A stretch of DNA of 64,000 nucleotides from Schizochytrium sp. TIO01 (taxonomy: Eukaryota > Protista > Bigyra: Labyrinthulomycetes). The notes beneath the pieces were generated by a model. It was not told the origin of the DNA, did no database searches, and saw nothing but the letters and a program-made list of their open reading frames with translations. Location: assembly GCA_004764695.1 (NCBI GenBank), contig SMSO01000033.1, positions 1,612,001-1,676,000 of the forward strand, written 5' to 3'. Shown here piece by piece: positions 38,036 through 48,826 of this stretch. Made by a program: the position numbers and the translations under genes. Each line of letters starts with the position of its first letter. Position 1 is the first letter of the stretch.

Positions 38036-41000
38036 ATGAGCGTTGAGGTCGCAAAAGAAATCGCAGGACCGGGTTCTGGACGGGGATGGCTAGAGCTGTC
38101 TAAAAGAGCAATCAATGTTGATTTTTCAGGGCATAAAGTTTGGTATGACAATGCCAATGAACAGCTTGTTTTGATGAAGAAAAACGTGTATTATACTTTG
38201 CCTCTCAACTATGGCGCCAGACTTTCGCCTCCTCTCAACTTTGTTCATGCTGGACCCGTTCTCGATGTTAAATTCTCACTTTGCAAACGATTTATGGCTA
38301 TTCAACGGAATGATACAACTATAGAGGTTGTAGATCTCCTACTTGCTACAGAAACTCGCATCACATGTCGCCCTAAGCGAGGTAATCTCGTGCTTCGTGG
38401 TGGGGTGTTCTGGTTGCAACGAGACTCTCAGGGTAACAATACTGGGTCAAGCAGCATGTCTCTTGGTAGTGGAGGTTCCACAGGCGGAACTAAGTTCTTC
38501 GACTCGGAAGACCTACCGACATTGTGCATTGTTGCACGTTGTGGATTAGAGGTCCATAGACTGCCAAACACTGAACGCGGAGAGGAAACATGTAAACTGG
38601 TTGGCACAATCAAGCATGCAGTTCACTGCTTTTGGTATATAGCAGACCAACAGTTGGTTCTGCTTGCAACTGGGACTGGTACTGAGTTGAGACCTTATCA
38701 GTTCCAAAACGGACATTTGCCCATAAAACTTGCCAAGTTTAGCGTGGCAAAGGTTCTTTCACATCGAGATATGCTCGTGACGAAGCTGTATGGGAGCATA
38801 TATGCGATCGAGGTAGTGCAGTCCACACGGAAATTGCAGTTGTATAGACTCGGCAGAGAGACTTCTGCATTAGTTCGTGAGCTGGACCTTACATTAAGAG
38901 GAAGCGTGTACTTGAGTATTGTCGATAATTTAATTTGTGTCCATAACATGGAGGGAAAGTTTACTTGCATATATGATATACAAGCGGACACTAATCTCCC
39001 TTGTATTGTCCCTAAGAGCTTGCATTGCGCCTGGCAAGACCCTGCGAAGGAGTTGAGTCGTGCAAGTGCCACAAAACCGACATCTTTTGACATCGTTTTG
39101 CACGAGGGCGAGTCGATTGGCTTGGAGCCGATTGATCCACACAGTGCGCAAAATTCACATGAAAGAGAGAGTCTACACCAGAAAGATCAGCAGCAGGGTC
39201 AAGACGAGTTAACGGAGAACAAATTATGTCAACCAAAGGATGAGCTGAAATCCAAACCGTTTTGGTCTGCACGCCTTACCCAAATGTCTCTCTATGACAC
39301 ATATGAGAGCGAGGTCTTGGTTGGTAGTGCTCTGACACATCTCAATGACATGCCTCTTGATGGGAAAGCTTTTGAATACGTGCTAGATAGTATCGATGAG
39401 GCTGACCGTCCTGTGCGATTGCGTTTCGCCAGTACAACATCTTCAGCATCTTCGGGGGGTGCTTCACAAGAGAAAGGGGAATCAGAAGAAGAATCGGCCC
39501 CTCCTACCATTGCGCCACCTACTGATGATAACTTTCTGTATAGTACAAGTTGGGTTTTCTTGGCACCGCATTGGGTCCTAGACTCCAAGCTAGGGCATGT
39601 CTGGCGGTTGGAGCTCAATCTGGACTTTGTTCCACGGGAGGTTTTGCGCATTGCGCGCAAAGATATATCTTCGGTGAATGCAAACACAACAACAGAGATC
39701 GCTGAACCATCTTTTATTTTACAAGACCCTCGACGTCTTGTGAATTTTTTGGTTCACCGTGCTTGCCCCCCGCCAGTGAGTTCAGTTACTGAGTTTACGT
39801 TTGGGAATGCTCGGCGAGATTCGCATGCCTACTGTAAGGCTGTCCTGTTGCATTGTCTACGATCACTACTTGCTTCAAAGAACACTACCCCAGATGTGCT
39901 ACTGATGATCTTCAATCATATTAACGCAGTGTATTTACGAGCCTTGCGTGAACGCGCTGCAACATCCTCGCATGCTTCGCCAACGAGCTCAAGTAGCTTT
40001 AAAATGCGAGGAAGCGCTGCTTCAGCAGCGGCCGCGGCAGCAGCAGCAGCAGCGGCAGCAGTCTCCATAGGATCATCATCTTCACTAGCCTCGACTTCAA
40101 TCTCATCTACAGGCCGCACGCTTCGCTCGAGCTCCCTAAATGCAGGAACGCAAAGCCAGCAAGGTTCAGACTCATATAACGATTCCTTCCGTAGATCTTC
40201 ATCCAGCTCGAGCCTTACAAACATTTTTTCTTCAAACAAATCATCATCGTCATTCAGTGCTGCAGCTGCAACCCAAAATCGCAGAGGAGAAATTTATCTT
40301 CCTGCTTTCTCCGTGCCTGATGGACTTATTAGTGGAGCGTTAGGCGGGTCTAATGCGCAAGGCTCAAGTGAAAGTTGCGCAAATGACAGTAGGTCGTTTC
40401 GGCTTTCCAAGGCATCAACATCCATGCGAACTCGGTTCACCTCCAGCATTAAGTCCAAGCACAAAAGAACTGGCATTGTTGATACAGTAGCCCGGCTAGC
40501 AAGGTCTTCTAGTGGTGCAGATCTTGTTCAGGCGCCTAGCGCTTCGGCGCGTGACGAGCTTGAGGAAGGCCGCAACGTACTTTCATCGCCTCGTACCGAG
40601 GACCTCCACGGCCAAACAAGTCCAGGCTCGCCATGTCAAAATCTTCCAGAGAGTCCAAGTCGGCGCCGTCGTCTCCAGCAGCAAAAACAGCAAGACCAAG
40701 AAGATAGACTAAGCTACCAAAACTTGAACGAGAGCGCTTTGAGTGGTGACGAAGAAGATTCTCAGGATACAAAGAATTTAGTAGGTGGAAGTCAGCTGTC
40801 GCCAGTTTCTGTGTCTTCGTCTGAGTCTCAGCGTGTACTAATGCAACTCATGTCTGACTTTCGCGCTGCCGGGCGGGTGGCCCTGAAGGATATCAGATGT
40901 TATAATGGTGCGACCGTTATTTTACAGATTGACATCTTCACATGGGTTTTCATGCCATTAATGCCTGATACTGCCGATAACGAGGAAGGTTTTGATGCAT

Positions 41001-41635
41001 GCACAAAGATTTCTATGTTTTTGTTGTCTTACATTCAAAGTCTTCAATCATATGAAATTCCTACAGAGAAATACATCCATGAGTTGATGGCTTGGCTTCT
41101 TATTGTTGGTCGTCGTGAGCATGTTCTTCGGCAATTACTGCAACACCACCTTCCAACTGATTCGCGGAGACTTGCACGAGCTCTCATAGAGGCAAGCAAT
41201 CAATATCCTCCCTTCTGGGAACTTGCTCTTGATATGATGCATCGCCTAGGTCATCACGATTTGATTATTCAAGCGCTGCTTGATCGCCAAGAGCTCTTGG
41301 CTGCTCTTCATGTTATTCACCATCACCCCCAGTACTTTTTATCTGATACAGGTGTTGTACGCTCTGAGGCAGGGCTTCATGACGAATCTATCCTTGTAAC
41401 AGGCCAAGATCTCTTTGACTGTGCTCTTGAAGAATCCTACGCTAGAGCAGGATCCCCGGAGCCATTCTTTGCTCTCCATAGTTTCTTTATGAGTATATCC
41501 CCACGTACAATCACTGCGATTGGTAGCAAGCCTTCTCCTTTAGCACTGGAGATTGCTGACCTTGAGGAAAGGCTACGTGATGTTGTCGGGTCAGAGCAGT
41601 CTCAAGTTTTGGCTCGAGCTTTAGGTGTGTGTTAG
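38036..41635 (+). CDS. RMC1: Regulator of MON1-CCZ1 complex (RMC1/C18orf8/Mic1 family) with PDZ-like and Ser-rich insertions
   Basis: N-terminal WLELS..V...VWYDNANEQL..VKFS....MAIQR; C-terminal Mic1 domain YIQSLQSYEI...LRQLLQHHLPTDSRRLA..L...YPP..ELALDM..RL. Confidence 0.88.
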   Translation: MSVEVAKEIAGPGSGRGWLELSKRAINVDFSGHKVWYDNANEQLVLMKKNVYYTLPLNYGARLSPPLNFVHAGPVLDVKFSLCKRFMAIQRNDTTIEVVDLLLATETRITCRPKRGNLVLRGGVFWLQRDSQGNNTGSSSMSLGSGGSTGGTKFFDSEDLPTLCIVARCGLEVHRLPNTERGEETCKLVGTIKHAVHCFWYIADQQLVLLATGTGTELRPYQFQNGHLPIKLAKFSVAKVLSHRDMLVTKLYGSIYAIEVVQSTRKLQLYRLGRETSALVRELDLTLRGSVYLSIVDNLICVHNMEGKFTCIYDIQADTNLPCIVPKSLHCAWQDPAKELSRASATKPTSFDIVLHEGESIGLEPIDPHSAQNSHERESLHQKDQQQGQDELTENKLCQPKDELKSKPFWSARLTQMSLYDTYESEVLVGSALTHLNDMPLDGKAFEYVLDSIDEADRPVRLRFASTTSSASSGGASQEKGESEEESAPPTIAPPTDDNFLYSTSWVFLAPHWVLDSKLGHVWRLELNLDFVPREVLRIARKDISSVNANTTTEIAEPSFILQDPRRLVNFLVHRACPPPVSSVTEFTFGNARRDSHAYCKAVLLHCLRSLLASKNTTPDVLLMIFNHINAVYLRALRERAATSSHASPTSSSSFKMRGSAASAAAAAAAAAAAAVSIGSSSSLASTSISSTGRTLRSSSLNAGTQSQQGSDSYNDSFRRSSSSSSLTNIFSSNKSSSSFSAAAATQNRRGEIYLPAFSVPDGLISGALGGSNAQGSSESCANDSRSFRLSKASTSMRTRFTSSIKSKHKRTGIVDTVARLARSSSGADLVQAPSASARDELEEGRNVLSSPRTEDLHGQTSPGSPCQNLPESPSRRRRLQQQKQQDQEDRLSYQNLNESALSGDEEDSQDTKNLVGGSQLSPVSVSSSESQRVLMQLMSDFRAAGRVALKDIRCYNGATVILQIDIFTWVFMPLMPDTADNEEGFDACTKISMFLLSYIQSLQSYEIPTEKYIHELMAWLLIVGRREHVLRQLLQHHLPTDSRRLARALIEASNQYPPFWELALDMMHRLGHHDLIIQALLDRQELLAALHVIHHHPQYFLSDTGVVRSEAGLHDESILVTGQDLFDCALEESYARAGSPEPFFALHSFFMSISPRTITAIGSKPSPLALEIADLEERLRDVVGSEQSQVLARALGVC

Positions 41636-42008
41636 ACAATGTCATACTTAATTTTTGTTTGTGTAATCGATATGATCTTCAACTCTTTTAGAACGACTTG
41701 AAAGGAACGATTTCTTTGTATTGCAACCTGTATTTCGGATTCTAGATTTTGCTCTAGAGATAATAAGACTAAGAAGATGTCTTTCCAAAGAAGTGATCAT
41801 GGGAATATTTCATGAAAGGGTGCTGATAGAATAATCTAAAACAAGTATGGCTTTTACAAGCACGATTCTCTAATTGTGAAATACCATCTATATATTTTTA
41901 TACGGGTAGTCAAATACTTGCTTGTTGTTTAATTTTGCTATGTGGGAAAGTTGTATAGAGGGATAAAGGAGACAGAACCTTTGTGTGTTTGTGACAAGAA
42001 TCGAGAAA

Positions 42009-44951
42009 TTAAAACAATTTTTCGAACTGGGAATGACTATCCAACACACGCACTGAGCCAGCACAGGTTCCCTCGGCGACCTTTAAAATCCACTCCCCAT
42101 TATCGAATTCCTCGATCTTGGCAATTTCACTGGTCTCCTTAATGCGGACGCGGTCACCCTTGCTGAGGCCAAGGTGTTGTGGTCCAACGGGTCCATTGTC
42201 ATCATCATCATCGTGCATCATGCCGGGCGCAGCAGGCGTCTTGGGTACGGCTGGGGTTGCCGGAGTTTGGGGCACAGCAGCGGGTGTGGCGATGCTGCCA
42301 TAACTGGAGTTGGCGTAGGCTTCAAAACCAGGTGCAGGTGTTTTGGGCGGATTATAACTTGGCGCCGGAACAGCGGGGCCGTTGTTCCGGTTGGGGTTCC
42401 AGGCTGCATCATCGTCGTCACCAGGAGTTCCGGGACCTCCAGGTGTACCTGGACCGGGAGTACCCGGTCCTGGGGTACCGCCACCGCCTTGTTCCCTTCC
42501 TCCAGTAACCTCCGGGTTCCAAGCAGCTGCGTTGTCGTGGCTCTCGCTAGGGTGCAATGGCGTCGCTCCATAAGCGCCGCCAATTGCTGATGTGAAGGCA
42601 CCGCCTGCCCCACCCATGGGGTGCATTGAGGGAGCCCGCGCACCATTCTCATCGCCAACCACATTCACATGCTCTCGAGGAATTTCAATCATGAGTTTCT
42701 TAGAGTGAATCTCAACCTTGGCCTTACCCTCTGTAGCACTAACAACAATACCAATATAACCCTTGTGGCGACCACGTTTAATCTGTACGCTCTTGCCAAC
42801 AAGGCCATCATCGCGAGCAGCGTACGTTCCGACACCACGTCCACGTCCACGCCCGCGTCCGGCCGAGAAACCACTTCCGCCACCACGTCCACGGCCTGCC
42901 GTGTTGACACCAAACCCAGCCTCGTTACGAAGTTTGACACCAGCCAGCTGTACATTGCGAGCACGCTCAACAAATACACCTGCGTTAGCAAGGCGCATCC
43001 GAGATTGCAAGAATAGAAAGGACCGATGAACATGCTTCACAGTCGCCTCGAGACCAGCATTTTCGCCTGACACGACCTTGACTGCGCTATTCTGGCCAAT
43101 GGAATTACGTTCCTTATCCATTGCAGTTGTGGAACGACTTTTATGGTTGAGCTTGCCACGAATCTCGTGCACACCACAAGTGCGTACAGAGCCTGTCTGT
43201 AGTAAAACATCGACTGACTCACTTCCAATCTTGACAATCACACCAACCTGAGTACCGAGTGAGACGAGGTCCATAAGCTCAAAGCCAGAGAGTTTCTCCG
43301 TGATCTGAGCAATTTCAGCAGAAATGTGCAAGTCATCGGTAAAGACAACAATTTCCCTAGATGCAGAGTCTGTAAACACGATTGCCTTAACCTTGTCCGT
43401 ATCCTCAACGATCTTGACCACAGTACCAGTCTCACCTGCGTACCGACCATTAAGTACCTTCACATGGTCACCAACTTGGAATACTTTCATGAGATCAGAA
43501 GCTGGGAATTCAAGATAACTTCCACGAACGGCTTCATCGAGGGGGTTGATTGTGATTTCTCCGGTTGTTCCGTTCACAGCAGTGACTTCACCCTTCAGGT
43601 GGTGCAACTCACCCTCGCGAACCATAACCACATCGCCCTTTTGAAACTTAGGTCCGGTTGTGCCTTCGTCCTTGTTGCCTTCAGTATAGCCAATAGTCTC
43701 AAGCAGGTCACCGTCTTCAAGTGCATCGTTTGCGTCTTCCTCGTCGTCGGCATCAAGAGCCTTACCGTGACGGAATACCTGAAGTTCCTCCAGAGTGGGC
43801 TTGACGTTCTTGAGTTGCAAAGCCTTTTCGTTCACCTCCTTGAACATGTAACCATCCTCAAAGTAGTCCTTGCCAAGGCGGTCCATGACTCGGTCTAGTG
43901 CATCAAAGCGGTCACGCATTGGCATCTCACCTGCAGCAGCAAGGGAGTCAGCGTTGAAGAAACGTTTGGGCGGGATGACCTTCTTGGCTCGGTGAGCCTT
44001 GAGCTCATCACCTTCGAGCAATGACGCACCGACATCAATACGGGGGACGCATTTGATAATAACTTTATCCGTATCGCCAACGCGGACCACACGGCCAAGG
44101 TCACCCTTGTAAGGGAAACGACGAAGGCGAACGAAGTCGCCTTCCTTAATCATACGCTTCTTGGTAACAATACGCAGGACCGTTGGCATTTCATTCTGTG
44201 GCACAAGGGTCCACTTGGTACGGTATACGCCGCGGAGGCCATTGAGGGCTTCGAGAGCATGCTCCTTGGTGCGGGCCTCAATGTAGAGAAACTCGGGAGT
44301 TCCGGCTGTAAGGACAGAGTAAATCTTGGGTGCCATCTTAGTGCCCCGGTGGGCATCCCTTTCAGCCTCGAATATGTACTTATTCATAAGCTGCACACAA
44401 AGCATCTGCTCATCACCCTTTTTACATTTGACGCAGAACAGCTTGGGGTCCGTTGCCGTGGGTAGGAAGGCGTTTCGAGAGACTATTGCCTCGTCAGCGT
44501 CCATATCATCATGCTTGCGAGCGTCTTGACGGTGACGCTGTTCGAATTCACGAGCAAGCTCCTCAGCACTCTTCATTTGGAAGGCATCTCTCTCTCGTTG
44601 GCGGCGTTCAAGACGCTCCTTAGTCTCGGGATCGTACTCGTCATCTTCTTCTTCGTGTCCAACAGCTTCATCCTCATCCTCATCATCGTCATCAAGAGCC
44701 TCCTCCTCAAACATAGACGTCAGTGCACGTCTCTTGGTGTTATTCTTGCGTCGGCCCTGTTGCTTCTTTCGCTTTGACCCACGGTTGTCATCGTCGTCAT
44801 CATCGTCATCATCGTCCTCGTCTTCATCTTCATCGTCATCATCATTCTCAGAGTCCTCCGATCCAGAAGAGTCGTCTGAGTCCAAATTGCGCTTCGATTC
44901 GCGGCGTTCCTCCTCGCCGTCCGAAGAATCTTGGTCTTCATCGGAGCTCAT
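42009..44951 (-). CDS. SPT5: Transcription elongation factor SPT5
   Basis: Acidic N-terminus, LPTATDPKLFCVKC (NGN domain), multiple KOW motifs (YKGDLG; GDHVKVLNGRYAGETG; GRHKGYIG), TP-rich CTR. Confidence 0.97.
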   Translation of the reverse strand: MSSDEDQDSSDGEEERRESKRNLDSDDSSGSEDSENDDDDEDEDEDDDDDDDDDDNRGSKRKKQQGRRKNNTKRRALTSMFEEEALDDDDEDEDEAVGHEEEDDEYDPETKERLERRQRERDAFQMKSAEELAREFEQRHRQDARKHDDMDADEAIVSRNAFLPTATDPKLFCVKCKKGDEQMLCVQLMNKYIFEAERDAHRGTKMAPKIYSVLTAGTPEFLYIEARTKEHALEALNGLRGVYRTKWTLVPQNEMPTVLRIVTKKRMIKEGDFVRLRRFPYKGDLGRVVRVGDTDKVIIKCVPRIDVGASLLEGDELKAHRAKKVIPPKRFFNADSLAAAGEMPMRDRFDALDRVMDRLGKDYFEDGYMFKEVNEKALQLKNVKPTLEELQVFRHGKALDADDEEDANDALEDGDLLETIGYTEGNKDEGTTGPKFQKGDVVMVREGELHHLKGEVTAVNGTTGEITINPLDEAVRGSYLEFPASDLMKVFQVGDHVKVLNGRYAGETGTVVKIVEDTDKVKAIVFTDSASREIVVFTDDLHISAEIAQITEKLSGFELMDLVSLGTQVGVIVKIGSESVDVLLQTGSVRTCGVHEIRGKLNHKSRSTTAMDKERNSIGQNSAVKVVSGENAGLEATVKHVHRSFLFLQSRMRLANAGVFVERARNVQLAGVKLRNEAGFGVNTAGRGRGGGSGFSAGRGRGRGRGVGTYAARDDGLVGKSVQIKRGRHKGYIGIVVSATEGKAKVEIHSKKLMIEIPREHVNVVGDENGARAPSMHPMGGAGGAFTSAIGGAYGATPLHPSESHDNAAAWNPEVTGGREQGGGGTPGPGTPGPGTPGGPGTPGDDDDAAWNPNRNNGPAVPAPSYNPPKTPAPGFEAYANSSYGSIATPAAVPQTPATPAVPKTPAAPGMMHDDDDDNGPVGPQHLGLSKGDRVRIKETSEIAKIEEFDNGEWILKVAEGTCAGSVRVLDSHSQFEKLF

Positions 44952-47900
44952 TTTGATCTAGACTTTATTAATGTGGAGCGCGGCGAAGATATAAACGAAA
45001 ATGACTTCTTGATATCAACGAAGAATGTTTCGAGGTGTTGATCTGCGCTGCGATGCTCTCCGCAGCCGCCAGACCGGACTACTTGCGAGAGATTCGCGAC
45101 GAACCAGGGTCCACAAGCAGAACGGAGCCCGCTCTGTATTCACTTCACCGTGCCTGCGCCGCCACTTGCGACCGCCAACAGTCGGCTCTGCTGTTTTGCT
45201 GCGCGCTCTTCGCGCTTCGCTCTTCGCCAAGATATACTACATAACACCGTATAAATCAGTGAGCCGAGCTCTATAACCCACTTCTTCTCCCATTCTACAT
45301 TGTATAATTTTCCATAGCCTACTGTAAACCTCTTGCACAAGTGCGTTAAAGCAGAAACAGTGCAACATTTAACAGATAAGGAAGGAGGGAGGGGCAAGCC
45401 CTATCCAGCACTATCTGACTACTAACAAATGGTGAAAAGTAGGGTCACGATATATCTACTAGGAGTTGCTTTGTTATGGTATCGAGGTGTTGTGCGGTTT
45501 GATATCCTAACGATAGGAAAGGGTCTAAGAGCGCGGACGTGTCGCATCGTGCAGCATCGTTAGACCTTTTTGTTCTTTGTTTAGTAGGACGTGTCAGCTG
45601 CTTTTTACTACGAGATACCAACCAATAGTGAATGAAATGTCTAATTGTAGTAGGCCTATCAACTTTTCGTCGTGTTATGGAGCGCCGAGAGATGTTATTG
45701 CGTGAGTTGAAGAAGCACTGCAAAAGCGTGTTTCCTGGGCAACAAAGGGAGACGGAGTGACCATAGATGGTGGGTATTTTGGTGGTCCAATGAAACATAA
45801 TTTTGAAGATGAAGGCAAGATAGCTCAAGTCATTTTATGAACTTATGTTGAACGGTTTATGCGAGCGTGGCTCTCAGAATCTGCTCACGTGGGTAAAAAA
45901 TAGTGCATCTAATCGTTAGTTAAGTCATGTGTCGATTGCAATAACTAGTAAAATTGAGGAGTCCTTCGCCTTTCTAAGTAGGGTGTTGGAATAGAGACAT
46001 TTCCAGCTAACTTCGCTTTTACACCGGAATTCCAGGTGTTCTTGCACGCTAAGGATAGGTCTAATTCTAGCTTGACGCTAGTTGTATCAGTGCAATGTGA
46101 TAAGTGTGTCACATAGTGCAGGTTTTGTCAACAACGCATCTTGCTAAAGAAACAAAACTTACAGAGAAGAGTTCAACTAGAAATGCATAAATAATAGTTT
46201 GGAATGCTCTGATTGACTTCTTGCCTTGTCTCAAGAAATTATTCTCTAAGTCTTCTTCCACATGCTGAGCAGCTCGGCGCATATTTTATCCTACAATCGG
46301 TTCTTTCATATTTGGATGCAAAGTACCTAATAAACTTTTGAAAAAGGCTAGTTTTTAGCTAGTTGATCGGCACATTTCTTCTTCCTCTTTAACTGGATAA
46401 CTTCTTGTACGTGCTTGATTATTTCTTCTTTTGCCTTTCAACGCAAAAAGTTCACCTGAGCTATATATTAGCAAATTCAAATTTTCTATACATTTATAGT
46501 GCGTCAGCAAAACAGCCACGTGATTTCCAGCTAGCTCATTTCAAAGACTTCCAGAATTAATGCATCAAATGGGGCTTAGGAGATTCGATCGTGACAGGAG
46601 TATTCACAGCGCAACTGTACATGCTGAAGATGCAAATGTATTTTCCAGGTTTACAGATACAAATATATTCTTCAGGCACAAAGCCCTGTACAAATGAATC
46701 TCTCGAATCCCTTGAATCTCTGCCGTTGGTTCCTATAAGTACTCGCTGCGTAAGAGAGCTCATCTGTCTTTCTAACTAAGACTTATAAAATAATTGGAAT
46801 TAACGGACGGCAGTTGATAGTTCAATATTACATTTTTGTGCGAGATTGAAGGGCTGACAGCGCTCCAGATGCTTTTTTTCTCATGATAGTGCTTAAAATG
46901 GGAGATTCCAAGTAAATTTGTGTTTTCCTATTTTCATGGTTATTCTCATAGCCTCGATACTTAAACAATTTTTATTTTCTTCTGGTAAAATATGACATTT
47001 ACAAATAGGTAGAGGCTCTGGCTTCCAAGGAGTTTCGTGTGAGAAGTTGAGCCAGAGGGAAATTCCTCATTTTGTCGCCTTCGTTGGTCAGTTGCTTAGT
47101 TAGTACTGCAAATAGAAAGAGAGAGAAAGAGGGACTCTGCCAGCTGTCCTATCATGTTTCAAAGACTCTTTCCTGCCAAGGTGTGTCAAAGAATCTCTCA
47201 AGTGGTGAGGCATAGCTGAGGGTGGCTATTATTAAAAGTTTGTTACAGCTAAAAGAATGAGATCGGATGCTGACTGTTTTGTATCAGGGAGGGTATGCTT
47301 AGGCACATACCCAGCCATCAATTCGGCTCCCGATCGAGCCATCCAATCATCTTCGGCCAGTAAGTCGTTGTTTTGCAGGTGTGCTAAATCACTTAACGAC
47401 CAGAGTTGTACTAAGCATCATGACTTACAGCAAATAATAATTCCAGGCTGAGATTCCCAGCACTGGCAATAACCATGAGATCGATAGATTCGAAAAAATA
47501 ACGAGCGGCAAGAACTTCAGCTAGCATTATCGTCCACCAAGTTTATTTAAGAGTTGGAGGTTCGAGCCGATAGCTGTCAGCTTGTGAACTTGAGTTTCCT
47601 TTGTCCCCAGTGTTATCCCCAGCAAATCTGTGGCTCCGGCAACTTATCGAGCCTTGCGCGTTGTGCACGTTGAGACCCGCGAGCTACTAGTACGTCGAAG
47701 ACATACTTGATGACCGGCGCAGTGTGATGTCAGTTTGGCCTTGGGTATGGTAGGCATAGTTAGTATTACGGCCTTCCTGGTGTTTGCTGTCCCCTGAGCG
47801 AGGGAGTGTGCATCTGTGTTTTCCTGATACACCACCAGAATTTTTTTGGCATCAGACAGATTCAGAAAATGAAAGACCCCGTCCTTCCGAGGAAGAGAAT

Positions 47901-48581
47901 GGCGATGGTGGTGGCAAGGCATTTACAAAATGAACCAAAGAGAAACTAAAGCCCAGGTTTCGCTTTTGGGAGGAAATTAGACACTAAGTCATGCAGACGG
48001 GCCCTGCCTGGCACAAAGACTTGCATCTTTTTCGCATCTCTCGGTTGGGCTTTCTTGTTCTTCTCTTTCTGTTTATTTTAAAAAATTAAAAATTAAATAA
48101 ATTATTTTTTCCTATGACTTCTCATATTACAACACATGTTTTTTCACAAGGTAGGTGGTATCTAGGTATACTCAGTACCATTAGTTTTATGAATGCGTGG
48201 ACGGCCGCAAATTCAAGCGGAAGCCCAGTTATGATTTCCCCGCCGATCCCAGAAGAGATCAAAGTCTCAGCACGCTTTCACACGTGGAGCTTGTAAGGAA
48301 TAGATCCTCTTGAAATAAAAGAGTTGCTCTTGTCCCCTTCCAGTTGCTTCAAGTCTTTAAAAAATGTTCTTTTAATATTATTGAGAAAATGATCAGCAGA
48401 AGCTCCTTGTTATGTTGTTCCTCAGTTTTGGTGGATGGCTAAAAGCCTTCCGCTAAGCTGGGAGAATGTTTGAACGGAACTGTCTATTGGACTTCTCACT
48501 GCCAAGTCCTTGGAAAACTTGCCGTTTGGCACCCACGGAAGGTCCATTACGGGCTCACAAGCTACGGTTGTACGTACTTGA

Positions 48582-48826
48582 CTGGCTGGCTGGCTGGCGA
48601 ATATCTTGAGTGCTTGGTTGGTTGGTTGGTTGGTTGCTTAGCCGTCTGAATGGCTGGCTTGGCTTTCGCATGACCTGAATTGCCGCCAATTCCACGGCTG
48701 CCAAGGAGAAGAACTGCAAGATAACTAACTAACTAACTAACTAACCAACTACATTGCATCGAATGCATCGATTGCAATGCAATGCAATGCAATGCAATGC
48801 AATGCAATGCAATGCATTGCAATGCA
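48582..48826. repeat. Compound microsatellite cluster: (TGGC)n, (TTGG)n, (TAAC)n, (TGCAA)n
   Basis: Direct inspection at ~48582, ~48614, ~48722 and ~48772. Confidence 0.9.

Noticed and set aside
42118-44961. Numerous antisense and alternative-frame ORFs over SPT5 (also over RMC1, the giant gene and the surface gene)
   Set aside because: Shadow ORFs expected from codon bias and low complexity; no independent motifs.
46161-46170. ACAGAGAAGA resembling the U6 snRNA ACAGAGA box
   Set aside because: The flanks do not match U6 (no TTAGCATGG or 5' stem); chance match.
47709-47797. TGATGA...CTGA possible box C/D snoRNA
   Set aside because: Imperfect C box context, no convincing terminal stem and no recognisable rRNA guide.
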